Positions 40,801 to 57,000 of a stretch of DNA of 64,000 nt are shown piece after piece. Numbering within the stretch: position 1 is the stretch's first letter; each line of letters begins with the position of its first letter. Under the pieces are notes generated by a model. It had not been told where the DNA came from. It did not search any database and worked only from the letters and a program-made list of their open reading frames with translations. Both the position numbers and the translations under genes were made by a program. Source of the stretch: Auanema rhodensis (taxonomy: Eukaryota; Animalia; Nematoda); contig CAXKVF010000093.1 in assembly GCA_964057225.1 (NCBI GenBank), positions 62,001-126,000 of the forward strand. Reading direction: 5' to 3'.

Positions 40801-42690
40801 TTTAATTAGCATAAATTAAAGTTCACGTAAATTTCAAAGTCATGGTTACCATGAACCAATATCAATAAAAATTTGTTTTTAGACTAATATGGACATGGGG
40901 AATCTAATTTTGAAAACCGCATCTCTTTATCTTTCACGTGAAGCGAGTTACATACCAAGTGCACATCACGTGTACATTTAATTAGCATAAATTAAAGTTC
41001 ACGTAAATTTCAAAGTCATGGTTACCATGCACCAATATCAATAAAAATTTGTTTTTAGACTAATATGGACATGGGGAATCTAATTTTGAAAACCGCATCT
41101 CTTTATCTTTCACGTGAAGCGAGTTACATACCAAGTGCACATCACGTGTACATTTAATTAGCATAAATTAAAGTTCACGTAAATTTCAAAGTCATGGTTA
41201 CCATGCACCAATATCAATAAAAATTTGTTTTTAGACTAATATGGACATGGGGAATCTAATTTTGAAAACCGCATCTCTTCATCTTTCACGTGAAGCGAGT
41301 TACATACCAAGTGAAGCGAGTTACATACCAAGTGCACATCACGTGTACATTTAATTAGCATAAATTAAAGTTCACGTAAATTTCAAAGTCATGGTTACCA
41401 TGCACCAATATCAATAAAAATTTGTTTTTAGACTAATATGGACATGGGGAATCTAATTTTGAAAACCGCATCTCTTTATCTTTCACGTGAAGCGAGTTAC
41501 ATACCAAGTGCACATCACGTGTACATTTAATTAGCATAAATTAAAGTTCACGTAAATTTCAAAGTCATGGTTACCATGAACCAATATCAATAAAAATTTG
41601 TTTTTAGACTAATATGGACATGGGGAATCTAATTTTGAAAACCGCATCTCTTTATCTTTCACGTGAAGCGAGTTACATACCAAGTGCACATCACGTGTAC
41701 ATTTAATTAGCATTAATTAAAGTTCACGTAAATTTCAAAGTCATGGTTACCATGAACCAATATCAATAAAAATTTGTTTTTAGACTAATATGGACATGGG
41801 GAATCTAATTTTGAAAACCGCATCTCTTTATCTTTCACGTGAAGCGAGTTACATACCAAGTGCACATCACGTGTACATTTAATTAGCATAAATTAAAGTT
41901 CACGTAAATTTCAAAGTCATGGTTACCATGCACCAATATCAATAAAAATTTGTTTTTAGACTAATATGGACATGGGGAATCTAATTTTGAAAACCGCATC
42001 TCTTTATCTTTCACGTGAAGCGAGTTACATACCAAGTGCACATCACGTGTACATTTAATTAGCATAAATTAAAGTTCACGTAAATTTCAAAGTCATGGTT
42101 ACCATGCACCAATATCAATAAAAATTTGTTTTTAGACTAATATGGACATGGGGAATCTAATTTTGCAAACCGCATCTCTTCATCTTTCACGTGAAGCGAG
42201 TTACATACCAAGTGCACATCACGTGTACATTTAATTAGCATAAATTAAAGTTCACGTAAATTTCAAAGTCATGGTTACCATGCACCAATATCAATAAAAA
42301 TTTGTTTTTAAACTAATATGGACATGGGGAATCTAATTTTGAAAACCGCATCTCTTTATCTTTCACGTGAAGCGAGTTACATACCAAGTGCACATCACGT
42401 GTACATTTAATTAGCATAAATTAAAGTTCACGTAAATTTCAAAGTCATGGTTACCATGCACCAATATGAATAAAAATTTGTTTTTAGACTAATATGGACA
42501 TGGGGAATCTAATTTTGAAAACCGCATCTCCTTATCTTTCACGTGAAGCGAGTTACATACCAAGTGCACATCACGTGTACATTTAATTAGCATAAATTAA
42601 AGTTCACGTAAATTTCAAAGTCATGGTTACCATGCACCAATATCAATAAAAATTTGTTTTTAGACTAATATGGACATGGGGAATCTAATT

Positions 42691-42785
42691 TTGAAAACCG
42701 CATCTCTTTATCTTTCACGTGAAGCGAGTTACATACCAAGTACACATCACGTGTACATTTAATTAGCATTAATTAAAGAATTAAA
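42691..42785 (+). repeat. Truncated 95-bp monomer, copy 2 (identical to copy 1)
   Basis: Same junction and same G52A/A80T variants, at offset 4889 bp. Flanking monomers also match (about 37098-38776 vs 41987-43665). Confidence 0.95.
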
Positions 42786-45073
42786 GTGAAAACCGCATCT
42801 CTTTATCTTTCACGTGAAGCGAGTTACATACCAAGTGCACATCACGTGTACATTTAATTAGCATTAATTAAAGTTCACGTAAATTTAAAAGTCATGGTTA
42901 CCATGAACCAATATCAATAAAAATTTGTTTTTAGACTAATATGGACATGGGGAATCTAATTTTGAAAACCGCATCTCTTTATCTTTCACGTGAAGCGAGT
43001 TACATACCAAGTGCACATCACGTGTACATTTAATTAGCATAAATTAAAGTTCACGTAAATTTCAAAGTCATGGTTACCATGCACCAATATCAATAAAAAT
43101 TTGTTTTTAGACTAATATGGACATGGGGAATCTAATTTTGAAAACCGCATCTCCTTATCTTTCACGTGAAGCGAGTTACATACCAAGTGCACATCACGTG
43201 TACATTTAATTAGCATAAATTAAAGTTCACGTAAATTTCAAAGTCATGGTTACCATGCACCAATATCAATAAAAATTTGTTTTTAGACTAATATGGACAT
43301 GGGGAATCTAATTTTGAAAACCGCATCTCTTTATCTTTCACGTGAAGCGAGTTACATACCAAGTGCACATCACGTGTACATTTAATTAGCATTAATTAAA
43401 GTTCACGTAAATTTAAAAGTCATGGTTACCATGAACCAATATCAATAAAAATTTGTTTTTAGACTAATATGGACATGGGGAATCTAATTTTGAAAACCGC
43501 ATCTCTTTATCTTTCACGTGAAGCGAGTTACATACCAAGTGCACATCACGTGTACATTTAATTAGCATAAATTAAAGTTCACGTAAATTTCAAAGTCATG
43601 GTTACCATGCACCAATATCAATAAAAATTTGTTTTTAGACTAATATGGACATGGGGAATCTAATTTTGAAAACCGCATCTCTTTATCTTTCACGTGAAGC
43701 GAGTTACATACCAAGTGCACATCACGTGTACATTTAATTAGCATTAATTAAAGTTCACGTAAATTTAAAAGTCATGGTTACCATGAACCAATATCAATAA
43801 AAATTTGTTTTTAGACTAATATGGACATGGGGAATCTAATTTTGAAAACCGCATCTCTTTATCTTTCACGTGAAGCGAGTTACATACCAAGTGCACATCA
43901 CGTGTACATTTAATTAGCATAAATTAAAGTTCACGTAAATTTCAAAGTCATGGTTACCATGCACCAATATCAATAAAAATTTGTTTTTAGACTAATATGG
44001 ACATGGGGAATCTAATTTTGAAAACCGCATCTCTTTATCTTTCACGTGAAGCGAGTTACATACTAAGTGCACATCACGTGTACATTTAATTAGCATAAAT
44101 TAAAGTTCACGTAAATTTCAAAGTCATGGTTACCATGAACCAATATCAATAAAAATTTGTTTTTAGACTAATATGGACATGGGGAATCTAATTTTGAAAA
44201 CCGCATCTCTTTATCTTTCACGTGAAGCGAGTTACATACCAAGTGCACATCACGTGTACATTTAATTAGCATAAATTAAAGTTCACGTAAATTTCAAAGT
44301 CATGGTTACCATGAACCAATATCAATAAAAATTTGTTTTTAGACTAATATGGACATGGGGAATCTAATTTTGAAAACCGCATCTCTTTATCTTTCACGTG
44401 AAGCGAGTTACATACCAAGTGCACATCACGTGTACATTTAATTAGCATAAATTAAAGTTCACGTAAATTTCAAAGTCATGGTTACCATGAACCAATATCA
44501 ATAAAAATTTGTTTTTAGACTAATATGGACATGGGGAATCTAATTTTGAAAACCGCATCTCTTTATCTTTCACGTGAAGCGAGTTACATACCAAGTGCAC
44601 ATCACGTGTACATTTAATTAGCATAAATTAAAGTTCACGTAAATTTCAAAGTCATGGTTACCATGCACCAATATCAATAAAAATTTGTTTTTAGACTAAT
44701 ATGGACATGGGGAATCTAATTTTGAAAACCGCATCTCCTTATCTTTCACGTGAAGCGAGTTACATACCAAGTGCACATCACGTGTACATTTAATTAGCAT
44801 AAATTAAAGTTCACGTAAATTTCAAAGTCATGGTTACCATGCACCAATATCAATAAAAATTTGTTTTTAGACTAATATGGACATGGGGAATCTAATTTTG
44901 AAAACCGCATCTCTTTATCTTTCACGTGAAGCGAGTTACATACCAAGTGCACATCACGTGTACATTTAATTAGCATTAATTAAAGTTCACGTAAATTTAA
45001 AAGTCATGGTTACCATGAACCAATATCAATAAAAATTTGTTTTTAGACTAATATGGACATGGGGAATCTAATT

Positions 45074-48000
45074 TTGAAAACCGCATCTCTTTATCTTTCA
45101 CGTGAAGCGAGTTACATACCAAGTGCACATCACGTGTACATTTAATTAGCATAAATTAAAGTTCACGTAAATTTCAAAGTCATGGTTACCATGCACCAAT
45201 ATCAATAAAAATTTGTTTTTAGACTAATATGGACATGGGGAATCTAATTTTGAAAACCGCATCTCTTTATCTTTCACGTGAAGCGAGTTACATACTAAGT
45301 GCACATCACGTGTACATTTAATTAGCATAAATTAAAGTTCACGTAAATTTCAAAGTCATGGTTACCATGAACCAATATCAATAAAAATTTGTTTTTAGAC
45401 TAATATGGACATGGGGAATCTAATTTTGAAAACCGCATCTCTTTATCTTTCACGTGAAGCGAGTTACATACCAAGTGCACATCACGTGTACATTTAATTA
45501 GCATAAATTAAAGTTCACGTAAATTTCAAAGTCATGGTTACCATGAACCAATATCAATAAAAATTTGTTTTTAGACTAATATGGACATGGGGAATCTAAT
45601 ATTGAAAACCGAATCTCTTTATCTTTCACGTGAAGCGAGTTACATACCAAGTGCACATCACGTGTACATTTAATTAGCATAAATTAAAGTTCACGTAACT
45701 TTCAAAGTCATGGTTACCATGCACCAATATCAATAAAAATTTGTTTTTAGACTAATATGGACATGGGGAATCTAATTTTGAAAACCGCATCTCTTTATCT
45801 TTCACGTGAAGCGAGTTACATACCAAGTGCACATCACGTGTACATTTAATTAGCATAAATTAAAGTTCACGTAAATTTCAAAGTCATGGTTACCATGCAC
45901 CAATATCAATAAAAATTTGTTTTTAGACTAATATGGACATGGGGAATCTAATTTTGAAAACCGCATCTCTTTATCTTTCACGTGAAGCGAGTTACATACC
46001 AAGTGCACATCACGTGTACATTTAATTAGCATAAATTAAAGTTCACGTAAATTTCAAAGTCATGGTTACCATGAACCAATATCAATAAAAATTTGTTTTT
46101 AGACTAATATGGACATGGGGAATCTAATTTTGAAAACCGCATCTCTTTATCTTTCACGTGAAGCGAGTTACATACCAAGTGCACATCACGTGTACATTTA
46201 ATTAGCATAAATTAAAGTTCACGTAAATTTCAAAGTCATGGTTACCATGCACCAATATCAATAAAAATTTGTTTTTAGACTAATATGGACATGGGGAATC
46301 TAATTTTGAAAACCGCATCTCTTTATCTTTCACGTGAAGCGAGTTACATACCAAGTGCACATCACGTGTACATTTAATTAGCATAAATTAAAGTTCACGT
46401 AAATTTCAAAGTCATGGTTACCATGCACCAATATCAATAAAAATTTGTTTTTAGACTAATATGGACATGGGGAATCTAATTTTGAAAACCGCATCTCTTT
46501 ATCTTTCACGTGAAGCGAGTTACATACCAAGTGCACATCACGTGTACATTTAATTAGCATAAATTAAAGTTCACGTAAATTTCAAAGTCATGGTTACCAT
46601 GCACCAATATCAATAAAAATTTGTTTTTAGACTAATATGGACATGGGGAATCTAATTTTGAAAACCGCATCTCTTCATCTTTCACGTGAAGCGAGTTACA
46701 TACCAAGTGAAGCGAGTTACATACCAAGTGCACATCACGTGTACATTTAATTAGCATAAATTAAAGTTCACGTAAATTTCAAAGTCATGGTTACCATGCA
46801 CCAATATCAATAAAAATTTGTTTTTAGACTAATATGGACATGGGGAATCTAATTTTGAAAACCGCATCTCTTTATCTTTCACGTGAAGCGAGTTACATAC
46901 CAAGTGCACATCACGTGTACATTTAATTAGCATAAATTAAAGTTCACGTAAATTTCAAAGTCATGGTTACCATGAACCAATATCAATAAAAATTTGTTTT
47001 TAGACTAATATGGACATGGGGAATCTAATTTTGAAAACCGCATCTCTTTATCTTTCACGTGAAGCGAGTTACATACCAAGTGCACATCACGTGTACATTT
47101 AATTAGCATTAATTAAAGTTCACGTAAATTTCAAAGTCATGGTTACCATGAACCAATATCAATAAAAATTTGTTTTTAGACTAATATGGACATGGGGAAT
47201 CTAATTTTGAAAACCGCATCTCTTTATCTTTCACGTGAAGCGAGTTACATACCAAGTGCACATCACGTGTACATTTAATTAGCATAAATTAAAGTTCACG
47301 TAAATTTCAAAGTCATGGTTACCATGAACCAATATCAATAAAAATTTGTTTTTAGACTAATATGGACATGGGGAATCTAATTTTGAAAACCGCATCTCTT
47401 TATCTTTCACGTGAAGCGAGTTACATACCAAGTGCACATCACGTGTACATTTAATTAGCATAAATTAAAGTTCACGTAAATTTCAAAGTCATGGTTACCA
47501 TGCACCAATATCAATAAAAATTTGTTTTTAGACTAATATGGACATGGGGAATCTAATTTTGAAAACCGCATCTCTTTATCTTTCACGTGAAGCGAGTTAC
47601 ATACCAAGTGCACATCACGTGTACATTTAATTAGCATAAATTAAAGTTCACGTAAATTTCAAAGTCATGGTTACCATGCACCAATATCAATAAAAATTTG
47701 TTTTTAGACTAATATGGACATGGGGAATCTAATTTTGAAAACCGCATCTCTTTATCTTTCACGTGAAGCGAGTTACATACCAAGTGCACATCACGTGTAC
47801 ATTTAATTAGCATAAATTAAAGTTCACGTAAATTTCAAAGTCATGGTTACCATGCACCAATATCAATAAAAATTTGTTTTTAGACTAATATGGACATGGG
47901 GAATCTAATTTTGAAAACCGCATCTCTTCATCTTTCACGTGAAGCGAGTTACATACCAAGTGAAGCGAGTTACATACCAAGTGCACATCACGTGTACATT

Positions 48001-51000
48001 TAATTAGCATAAATTAAAGTTCACGTAAATTTCAAAGTCATGGTTACCATGCACCAATATCAATAAAAATTTGTTTTTAGACTAATATGGACATGGGGAA
48101 TCTAATTTTGAAAACCGCATCTCTTTATCTTTCACGTGAAGCGAGTTACATACCAAGTGCACATCACGTGTACATTTAATTAGCATAAATTAAAGTTCAC
48201 GTAAATTTCAAAGTCATGGTTACCATGAACCAATATCAATAAAAATTTGTTTTTAGACTAATATGGACATGGGGAATCTAATTTTGAAAACCGCATCTCT
48301 TTATCTTTCACGTGAAGCGAGTTACATACCAAGTGCACATCACGTGTACATTTAATTAGCATTAATTAAAGTTCACGTAAATTTCAAAGTCATGGTTACC
48401 ATGAACCAATATCAATAAAAATTTGTTTTTAGACTAATATGGACATGGGGAATCTAATTTTGAAAACCGCATCTCTTTATCTTTCACGTGAAGCGAGTTA
48501 CATACCAAGTGCACATCACGTGTACATTTAATTAGCATAAATTAAAGTTCACGTAAATTTCAAAGTCATGGTTACCATGAACCAATATCAATAAAAATTT
48601 GTTTTTAGACTAATATGGACATGGGGAATCTAATTTTGAAAACCGCATCTCTTTATCTTTCACGTGAAGCGAGTTACATACCAAGTGCACATCACGTGTA
48701 CATTTAATTAGCATAAATTAAAGTTCACGTAAATTTCAAAGTCATGGTTACCATGCACCAATATCAATAAAAATTTGTTTTTAGACTAATATGGACATGG
48801 GGAATCTAATTTTGAAAACCGCATCTCTTTATCTTTCACGTGAAGCGAGTTACATACCAAGTGCACATCACGTGTACATTTAATTAGCATAAATTAAAGT
48901 TCACGTAAATTTCAAAGTCATGGTTACCATGCACCAATATCAATAAAAATTTGTTTTTAGACTAATATGGACATGGGGAATCTAATTTTGAAAACCGCAT
49001 CTCTTCATCTTTCACGTGAAGCGAGTTACATACCAAGTGAAGCGAGTTACATACCAAGTGCACATCACGTGTACATTTAATTAGCATAAATTAAAGTTCA
49101 CGTAAATTTCAAAGTCATGGTTACCATGCACCAATATCAATAAAAATTTGTTTTTAGACTAATATGGACATGGGGAATCTAATTTTGAAAACCGCATCTC
49201 TTTATCTTTCACGTGAAGCGAGTTACATACCAAGTGCACATCACGTGTACATTTAATTAGCATAAATTAAAGTTCACGTAAATTTCAAAGTCATGGTTAC
49301 CATGAACCAATATCAATAAAAATTTGTTTTTAGACTAATATGGACATGGGGAATCTAATTTTGAAAACCGCATCTCTTTATCTTTCACGTGAAGCGAGTT
49401 ACATACCAAGTGCACATCACGTGTACATTCAATTAGCATTAATTAAAGTTCACGTAAATTTCAAAGTCATGGTTACCATGAACCAATATCAATAAAAATT
49501 TGTTTTTAGACTAATATGGACATGGGGAATCTAATTTTGAAAACCGCATCTCTTTATCTTTCACGTGAAGCGAGTTACATACCAAGTGCACATCACGTGT
49601 ACATTTAATTAGCATAAATTAAAGTTCACGTAAATTTCAAAGTCATGGTTACCATGAACCAATATCAATAAAAATTTGTTTTTAGACTAATATGGACATG
49701 GGGAATCTAATTTTGAAAACCGCATCTCTTTATCTTTCACGTGAAGCGAGTTACATACCAAGTGCACATCACGTGTACATTTAATTAGCATAAATTAAAG
49801 TTCACGTAAATTTCAAAGTCATGGTTACCATGCACCAATATCAATAAAAATTTGTTTTTAGACTAATATGGACATGGGGAATCTAATTTTGAAAACCGCA
49901 TCTCTTTATCTTTCACGTGAAGCGAGTTACATACCAAGTGCACATCACGTGTACATTTAATTAGCATAAATTAAAGTTCACGTAAATTTCAAAGTCATGG
50001 TTACCATGCACCAATATCAATAAAAATTTGTTTTTAGACTAATATGGACATGGGGAATCTAATTTTGAAAACCGCATCTCTTTATCTTTCACGTGAAGCG
50101 AGTTACATACCAAGTGCACATCACGTGTACATTTAATTAGCATAAATTGAAGTTCACGTAAATTTCAAAGTCATGGTTACCATGCACCAATATCAATAAA
50201 AATTTGTTTTTAGACTAATATGGACATGGGGAATCTAATTTTGAAAACCGCATCTCTTTATCTTTCACGTGAAGCGAGTTACATACCAAGTGCACATCAC
50301 GTGTACATTTAATTAGCATAAATTAAAGTTCACGTAAATTTCAAAGTCATGGTTACCATGCACCAATATCAATAAAAATTTGTTTTTAGACTAATATGGA
50401 CATGGGGAATCTAATTTTGAAAACCGCATCTCTTCATCTTTCACGTGAAGCGAGTTACATACCAAGTGAAGCGAGTTACATACCAAGTGCACATCACGTG
50501 TACATTTAATTAGCATAAATTAAAGTTCACGTAAATTTCAAAGTCATGGTTACCATGCACCAATATCAATAAAAATTTGTTTTTAGACTAATATGGACAT
50601 GGGGAATCTAATTTTGAAAACCGCATCTCTTTATCTTTCACGTGAAGCGAGTTACATACCAAGTGCACATCACGTGTACATTTAATTAGCATAAATTAAA
50701 GTTCACGTAAATTTCAAAGTCATGGTTACCATGAACCAATATCAATAAAAATTTGTTTTTAGACTAATATGGACATGGGGAATCTAATTTTGAAAACCGC
50801 ATCTCTTTATCTTTCACGTGAAGCGAGTTACATACCAAGTGCACATCACGTGTACATTTAATTAGCATAAATTAAAGTTCACGTAAATTTCAAAGTCATG
50901 GTTACCATGCACCAATATCAATAAAAATTTGTTTTTAGACTAATATGGACATGGGGAATCTAATTTTGAAAACCGCATCTCTTTATCTTTCACGTGAAGC

Positions 51001-54000
51001 GAGTTACATACCAAGTGCACATCACGTGTACATTTAATTAGCATAAATTAAAGTTCACGTAAATTTCAAAGTCATGGTTACCATGCACCAATATCAATAA
51101 AAATTTGTTTTTAGACTAATATGGACATGGGGAATCTAATTTTGAAAACCGCATCTCTTTATCTTTCACGTGAAGCGAGTTACATACCAAGTGCACATCA
51201 CGTGTACATTTAATTAGCATAAATTAAAGTTCACGTAAATTTCAAAGTCATGGTTACCATGCACCAATATCAATAAAAATTTGTTTTTAGACTAATATGG
51301 ACATGGGGAATCTAATTTTGAAAACCGCATCTCTTCATCTTTCACGTGAAGCGAGTTACATACCAAGTGAAGCGAGTTACATACCAAGTGCACATCACGT
51401 GTACATTTAATTAGCATAAATTAAAGTTCACGTAAATTTCAAAGTCATGGTTACCATGCACCAATATCAATAAAAATTTGTTTTTAGACTAATATGGACA
51501 TGGGGAATCTAATTTTGAAAACCGCATCTCTTTATCTTTCACGTGAAGCGAGTTACATACCAAGTGCACATCACGTGTACATTTAATTAGCATAAATTAA
51601 AGTTCACGTAAATTTCAAAGTCATGGTTACCATGAACCAATATCAATAAAAATTTGTTTTTAGACTAATATGGACATGGGGAATCTAATTTTGAAAACCG
51701 CATCTCTTTATCTTTCACGTGAAGCGAGTTACATACCAAGTGCACATCACGTGTACATTTAATTAGCATTAATTAAAGTTCACGTAAATTTCAAAGTCAT
51801 GGTTACCATGAACCAATATCAATAAAAATTTGTTTTTAGACTAATATGGACATGGGGAATCTAATTTTGAAAACCGCATCTCTTTATCTTTCACGTGAAG
51901 CGAGTTACATACCAAGTGCACATCACGTGTACATTTAATTAGCATAAATTAAAGTTCACGTAAATTTCAAAGTCATGGTTACCATGAACCAATATCAATA
52001 AAAATTTGTTTTTAGACTAATATGGACATGGGGAATCTAATTTTGAAAACCGCATCTCTTTATCTTTCACGTGAAGCGAGTTACATACCAAGTGCACATC
52101 ACGTGTACATTTAATTAGCATAAATTAAAGTTCACGTAAATTTCAAAGTCATGGTTACCATGCACCAATATCAATAAAAATTTGTTTTTAGACTAATATG
52201 GACATGGGGAATCTAATTTTGAAAACCGCATCTCTTTATCTTTCACGTGAAGCGAGTTACATACCAAGTGCACATCACGTGTACATTTAATTAGCATAAA
52301 TTAAAGTTCACGTAAATTTCAAAGTCATGGTTACCATGCACCAATATCAATAAAAATTTGTTTTTAGACTAATATGGACATGGGGAATCTAATTTTGAAA
52401 ACCGCATCTCTTCATCTTTCACGTGAAGCGAGTTACATACCAAGTGAAGCGAGTTACATACCAAGTGCACATCACGTGTACATTTAATTAGCATAAATTA
52501 AAGTTCACGTAAATTTCAAAGTCATGGTTACCATGCACCAATATCAATAAAAATTTGTTTTTAGACTAATATGGACATGGGGAATCTAATTTTGAAAACC
52601 GCATCTCTTTATCTTTCACGTGAAGCGAGTTACATACCAAGTGCACATCACGTGTACATTTAATTAGCATAAATTAAAGTTCACGTAAATTTCAAAGTCA
52701 TGGTTACCATGCACCAATATCAATAAAAATTTGTTTTTAGACTAATATGGACATGGGGAATCTAATTTTGAAAACCGCATCTCTTTATCTTTCACGTGAA
52801 GCGAGTTACATACCAAGTGCACATCACGTGTACATTTAATTAGCATAAATTAAAGTTCACGTAAATTTCAAAGTCATGGTTACCATGAACCAATATCAAT
52901 AAAAATTTGTTTTTAGACTAATATGGACATGGGGAATCTAATTTTGAAAACCGCATCTCTTTATCTTTCACGTGAAGCGAGTTACATACCAAGTGCACAT
53001 CACGTGTACATTTAATTAGCATAAATTAAAGTTCACGTAAATTTCAAAGTCATGGTTACCATGAACCAATATCAATAAAAATTTGTTTTTAGACTAATAT
53101 GGACATGGGGAATCTAATTTTGAAAACCGCATCTCTTTATCTTTCACGTGAAGCGAGTTACATACCAAGTGCACATCACGTGTACATTTAATTAGCATAA
53201 ATTAAAGTTCACGTAAATTTCAAAGTCATGGTTACCATGCACCAATATCAATAAAAATTTGTTTTTAGACTAATATGGACATGGGGAATCTAATTTTGAA
53301 AACCGCATCTCTTTATCTTTCACGTGAAGCGAGTTACATACCAAGTGCACATCACGTGTACATTTAATTAGCATAAATTAAAGTTCACGTAAATTTCAAA
53401 GTCATGGTTACCATGCACCAATATCAATAAAAATTTGTTTTTAGACTAATATGGACATGGGGAATCTAATTTTGAAAACCGCATCTCTTTATCTTTCACG
53501 TGAAGCGAGTTACATACCAAGTGCACATCACGTGTACATTTAATTAGCATAAATTGAAGTTCACGTAAATTTCAAAGTCATGGTTACCATGCACCAATAT
53601 CAATAAAAATTTGTTTTTAGACTAATATGGACATGGGGAATCTAATTTTGAAAACCGCATCTCTTTATCTTTCACGTGAAGCGAGTTACATACCAAGTGC
53701 ACATCACGTGTACATTTAATTAGCATAAATTAAAGTTCACGTAAATTTCAAAGTCATGGTTACCATGCACCAATATCAATAAAAATTTGTTTTTAGACTA
53801 ATATGGACATGGGGAATCTAATTTTGAAAACCGCATCTCTTCATCTTTCACGTGAAGCGAGTTACATACCAAGTGAAGCGAGTTACATACCAAGTGCACA
53901 TCACGTGTACATTTAATTAGCATAAATTAAAGTTCACGTAAATTTCAAAGTCATGGTTACCATGCACCAATATCAATAAAAATTTGTTTTTAGACTAATA

Positions 54001-57000
54001 TGGACATGGGGAATCTAATTTTGAAAACCGCATCTCTTTATCTTTCACGTGAAGCGAGTTACATACCAAGTGCACATCACGTGTACATTTAATTAGCATA
54101 AATTAAAGTTCACGTAAATTTCAAAGTCATGGTTACCATGAACCAATATCAATAAAAATTTGTTTTTAGACTAATATGGACATGGGGAATCTAATTTTGA
54201 AAACCGCATCTCTTTATCTTTCACGTGAAGCGAGTTACATACCAAGTGCACATCACGTGTACATTTAATTAGCATTAATTAAAGTTCACGTAAATTTCAA
54301 AGTCATGGTTACCATGAACCAATATCAATAAAAATTTGTTTTTAGACTAATATGGACATGGGGAATCTAATTTTGAAAACCGCATCTCTTTATCTTTCAC
54401 GTGAAGCGAGTTACATACCAAGTGCACATCACGTGTACATTTAATTAGCATAAATTAAAGTTCACGTAAATTTCAAAGTCATGGTTACCATGAACCAATA
54501 TCAATAAAAATTTGTTTTTAGACTAATATGGACATGGGGAATCTAATTTTGAAAACCGCATCTCTTTATCTTTCACGTGAAGCGAGTTACATACCAAGTG
54601 CACATTACGTGTACATTTAATTAGCATAAATTAAAGTTCACGTAAATTTCAAAGTCATGGTTACCATGCACCAATATCAATAAAAATTTGTTTTTAGACT
54701 AATATGGACATGGGGAATCTAATTTTGAAAACCGCATCTCTTTATCTTTCACGTGAAGCGAGTTACATACTAAGTGCACATCACGTGTACATTTAATTAG
54801 CATAAATTAAAGTTCACGTAAATTTCAAAGTCATGGTTACCATGCACCAATATCAATAAAAATTTGTTTTTAGACTAATATGGACATGGGGAATCTAATT
54901 TTGAAAACCGCATCTCTTTATCTTTCACGTGAAGCGAGTTACATACCAAGTGCACATCACGTGTACATTTAATTAGCATAAATTAAAGTTCACGTAAATT
55001 TCAAAGTCATGGTTACCATGAACCAATATCAATAAAAATTTGTTTTTAGACTAATATGGACATGGGGAATCTATTATTGAAAACCGCATCTCTTTATCTT
55101 TCACGTGAAGCGAGTTACATACCAAGTGCACATCACGTGTACATTTAATTAGCATAAATTAAAGTTCACGTAACTTTCAAAGTCATGGTTACCATGCACC
55201 AATATCAATAAAAATTTGTTTTTAGACTAATATGGACATGGGGAATCTAATTTTGAAAACCGCATCTCTTTATCTTTCACGTGAAGCGAGTTACATACCA
55301 AGTGCACATCACGTGTACATTTAATTAGCATAAATTAAAGTTCACGTAAATTTCAAAGTCATGGTTACCATGCACCAATATCAATAAAAATTTGTTTTTA
55401 GACTAATATGGACATGGGGAATCTAATTTTGAAAACCGCATCTCTTTATCTTTCACGTGAAGCGAGTTACATACCAAGTGCACATCACGTGTACATTTAA
55501 TTAGCATAAATTAAAGTTCACGTAAATTTCAAAGTCATGGTTACCATGAACCAATATCAATAAAAATTTGTTTTTAGACTAATATGGACATGGGGAATCT
55601 AATTTTGAAAACCGCATCTCTTTATCTTTCACGTGAAGCGAGTTACATACCAAGTGCACATCACGTGTACATTTAATTAGCATAAATTAAAGTTCACGTA
55701 AATTTCAAAGTCATGGTTACCATGCACCAATATCAATAAAAATTTGTTTTTAGACTAATATGGACATGGGGAATCTAATTTTGAAAACCGCATCTCTTTA
55801 TCTTTCACGTGAAGCGAGTTACATACCAAGTGCACATCACGTGTACATTTAATTAGCATAAATTAAAGTTCACGTAAATTTCAAAGTCATGGTTACCATG
55901 CACCAATATCAATAAAAATTTGTTTTTAGACTAATATGGACATGGGGAATCTAATTTTGAAAACCGCATCTCTTTATCTTACACGTGAAGCGAGTTACAT
56001 ACCAAGTGCACATCACGTGTACATTTAATTAGCATAAATTAAAGTTCACGTAAATTTCAAAGTCATGGTTACCATGCACCAATATCAATAAAAATTTGTT
56101 TTTAGACTAATATGGACATGGGGAATCTAATTTTGAAAACCGCATCTCTTTATCTTTCACGTGAAGCGAGTTACATACCAAGTGCACATCACGTGTACAT
56201 TTAATTAGCATAAATTAAAGTTCACGTAAATTTCAAAGTCATGGTTACCATGCACCAATATCAATAAAAATTTGTTTTTAGACTAATATGGACATGGGGA
56301 ATCTAATTTTGAAAACCGCATCTCTTCATCTTTCACGTGAAGCGAGTTACATACCAAGTGAAGCGAGTTACATACCAAGTGCACATCACGTGTACATTTA
56401 ATTAGCATAAATTAAAGTTCACGTAAATTTCAAAGTCATGGTTACCATGCACCAATATCAATAAAAATTTGTTTTTAGACTAATATGGACATGGGGAATC
56501 TAATTTTGAAAACCGCATCTCTTTATCTTTCACGTGAAGCGAGTTACATACCAAGTGCACATCACGTGTACATTTAATTAGCATAAATTAAAGTTCACGT
56601 AAATTTCAAAGTCATGGTTACCATGAACCAATATCAATAAAAATTTGTTTTTAGACTAATATGGACATGGGGAATCTAATTTTGAAAACCGCATCTCTTT
56701 ATCTTTCACGTGAAGCGAGTTACATACCAAGTGCACATCACGTGTACATTTAATTAGCATAAATTAAAGTTCACGTAAATTTCAAAGTCATGGTTACCAT
56801 GCACCAATATCAATAAAAATTTGTTTTTAGACTAATATGGACATGGGGAATCTAATTTTGAAAACCGCATCTCTTTATCTTTCACGTGAAGCGAGTTACA
56901 TACCAAGTGCACATCACGTGTACATTTAATTAGCATAAATTAAAGTTCACGTAAATTTCAAAGTCATGGTTACCATGCACCAATATCAATAAAAATTTGT

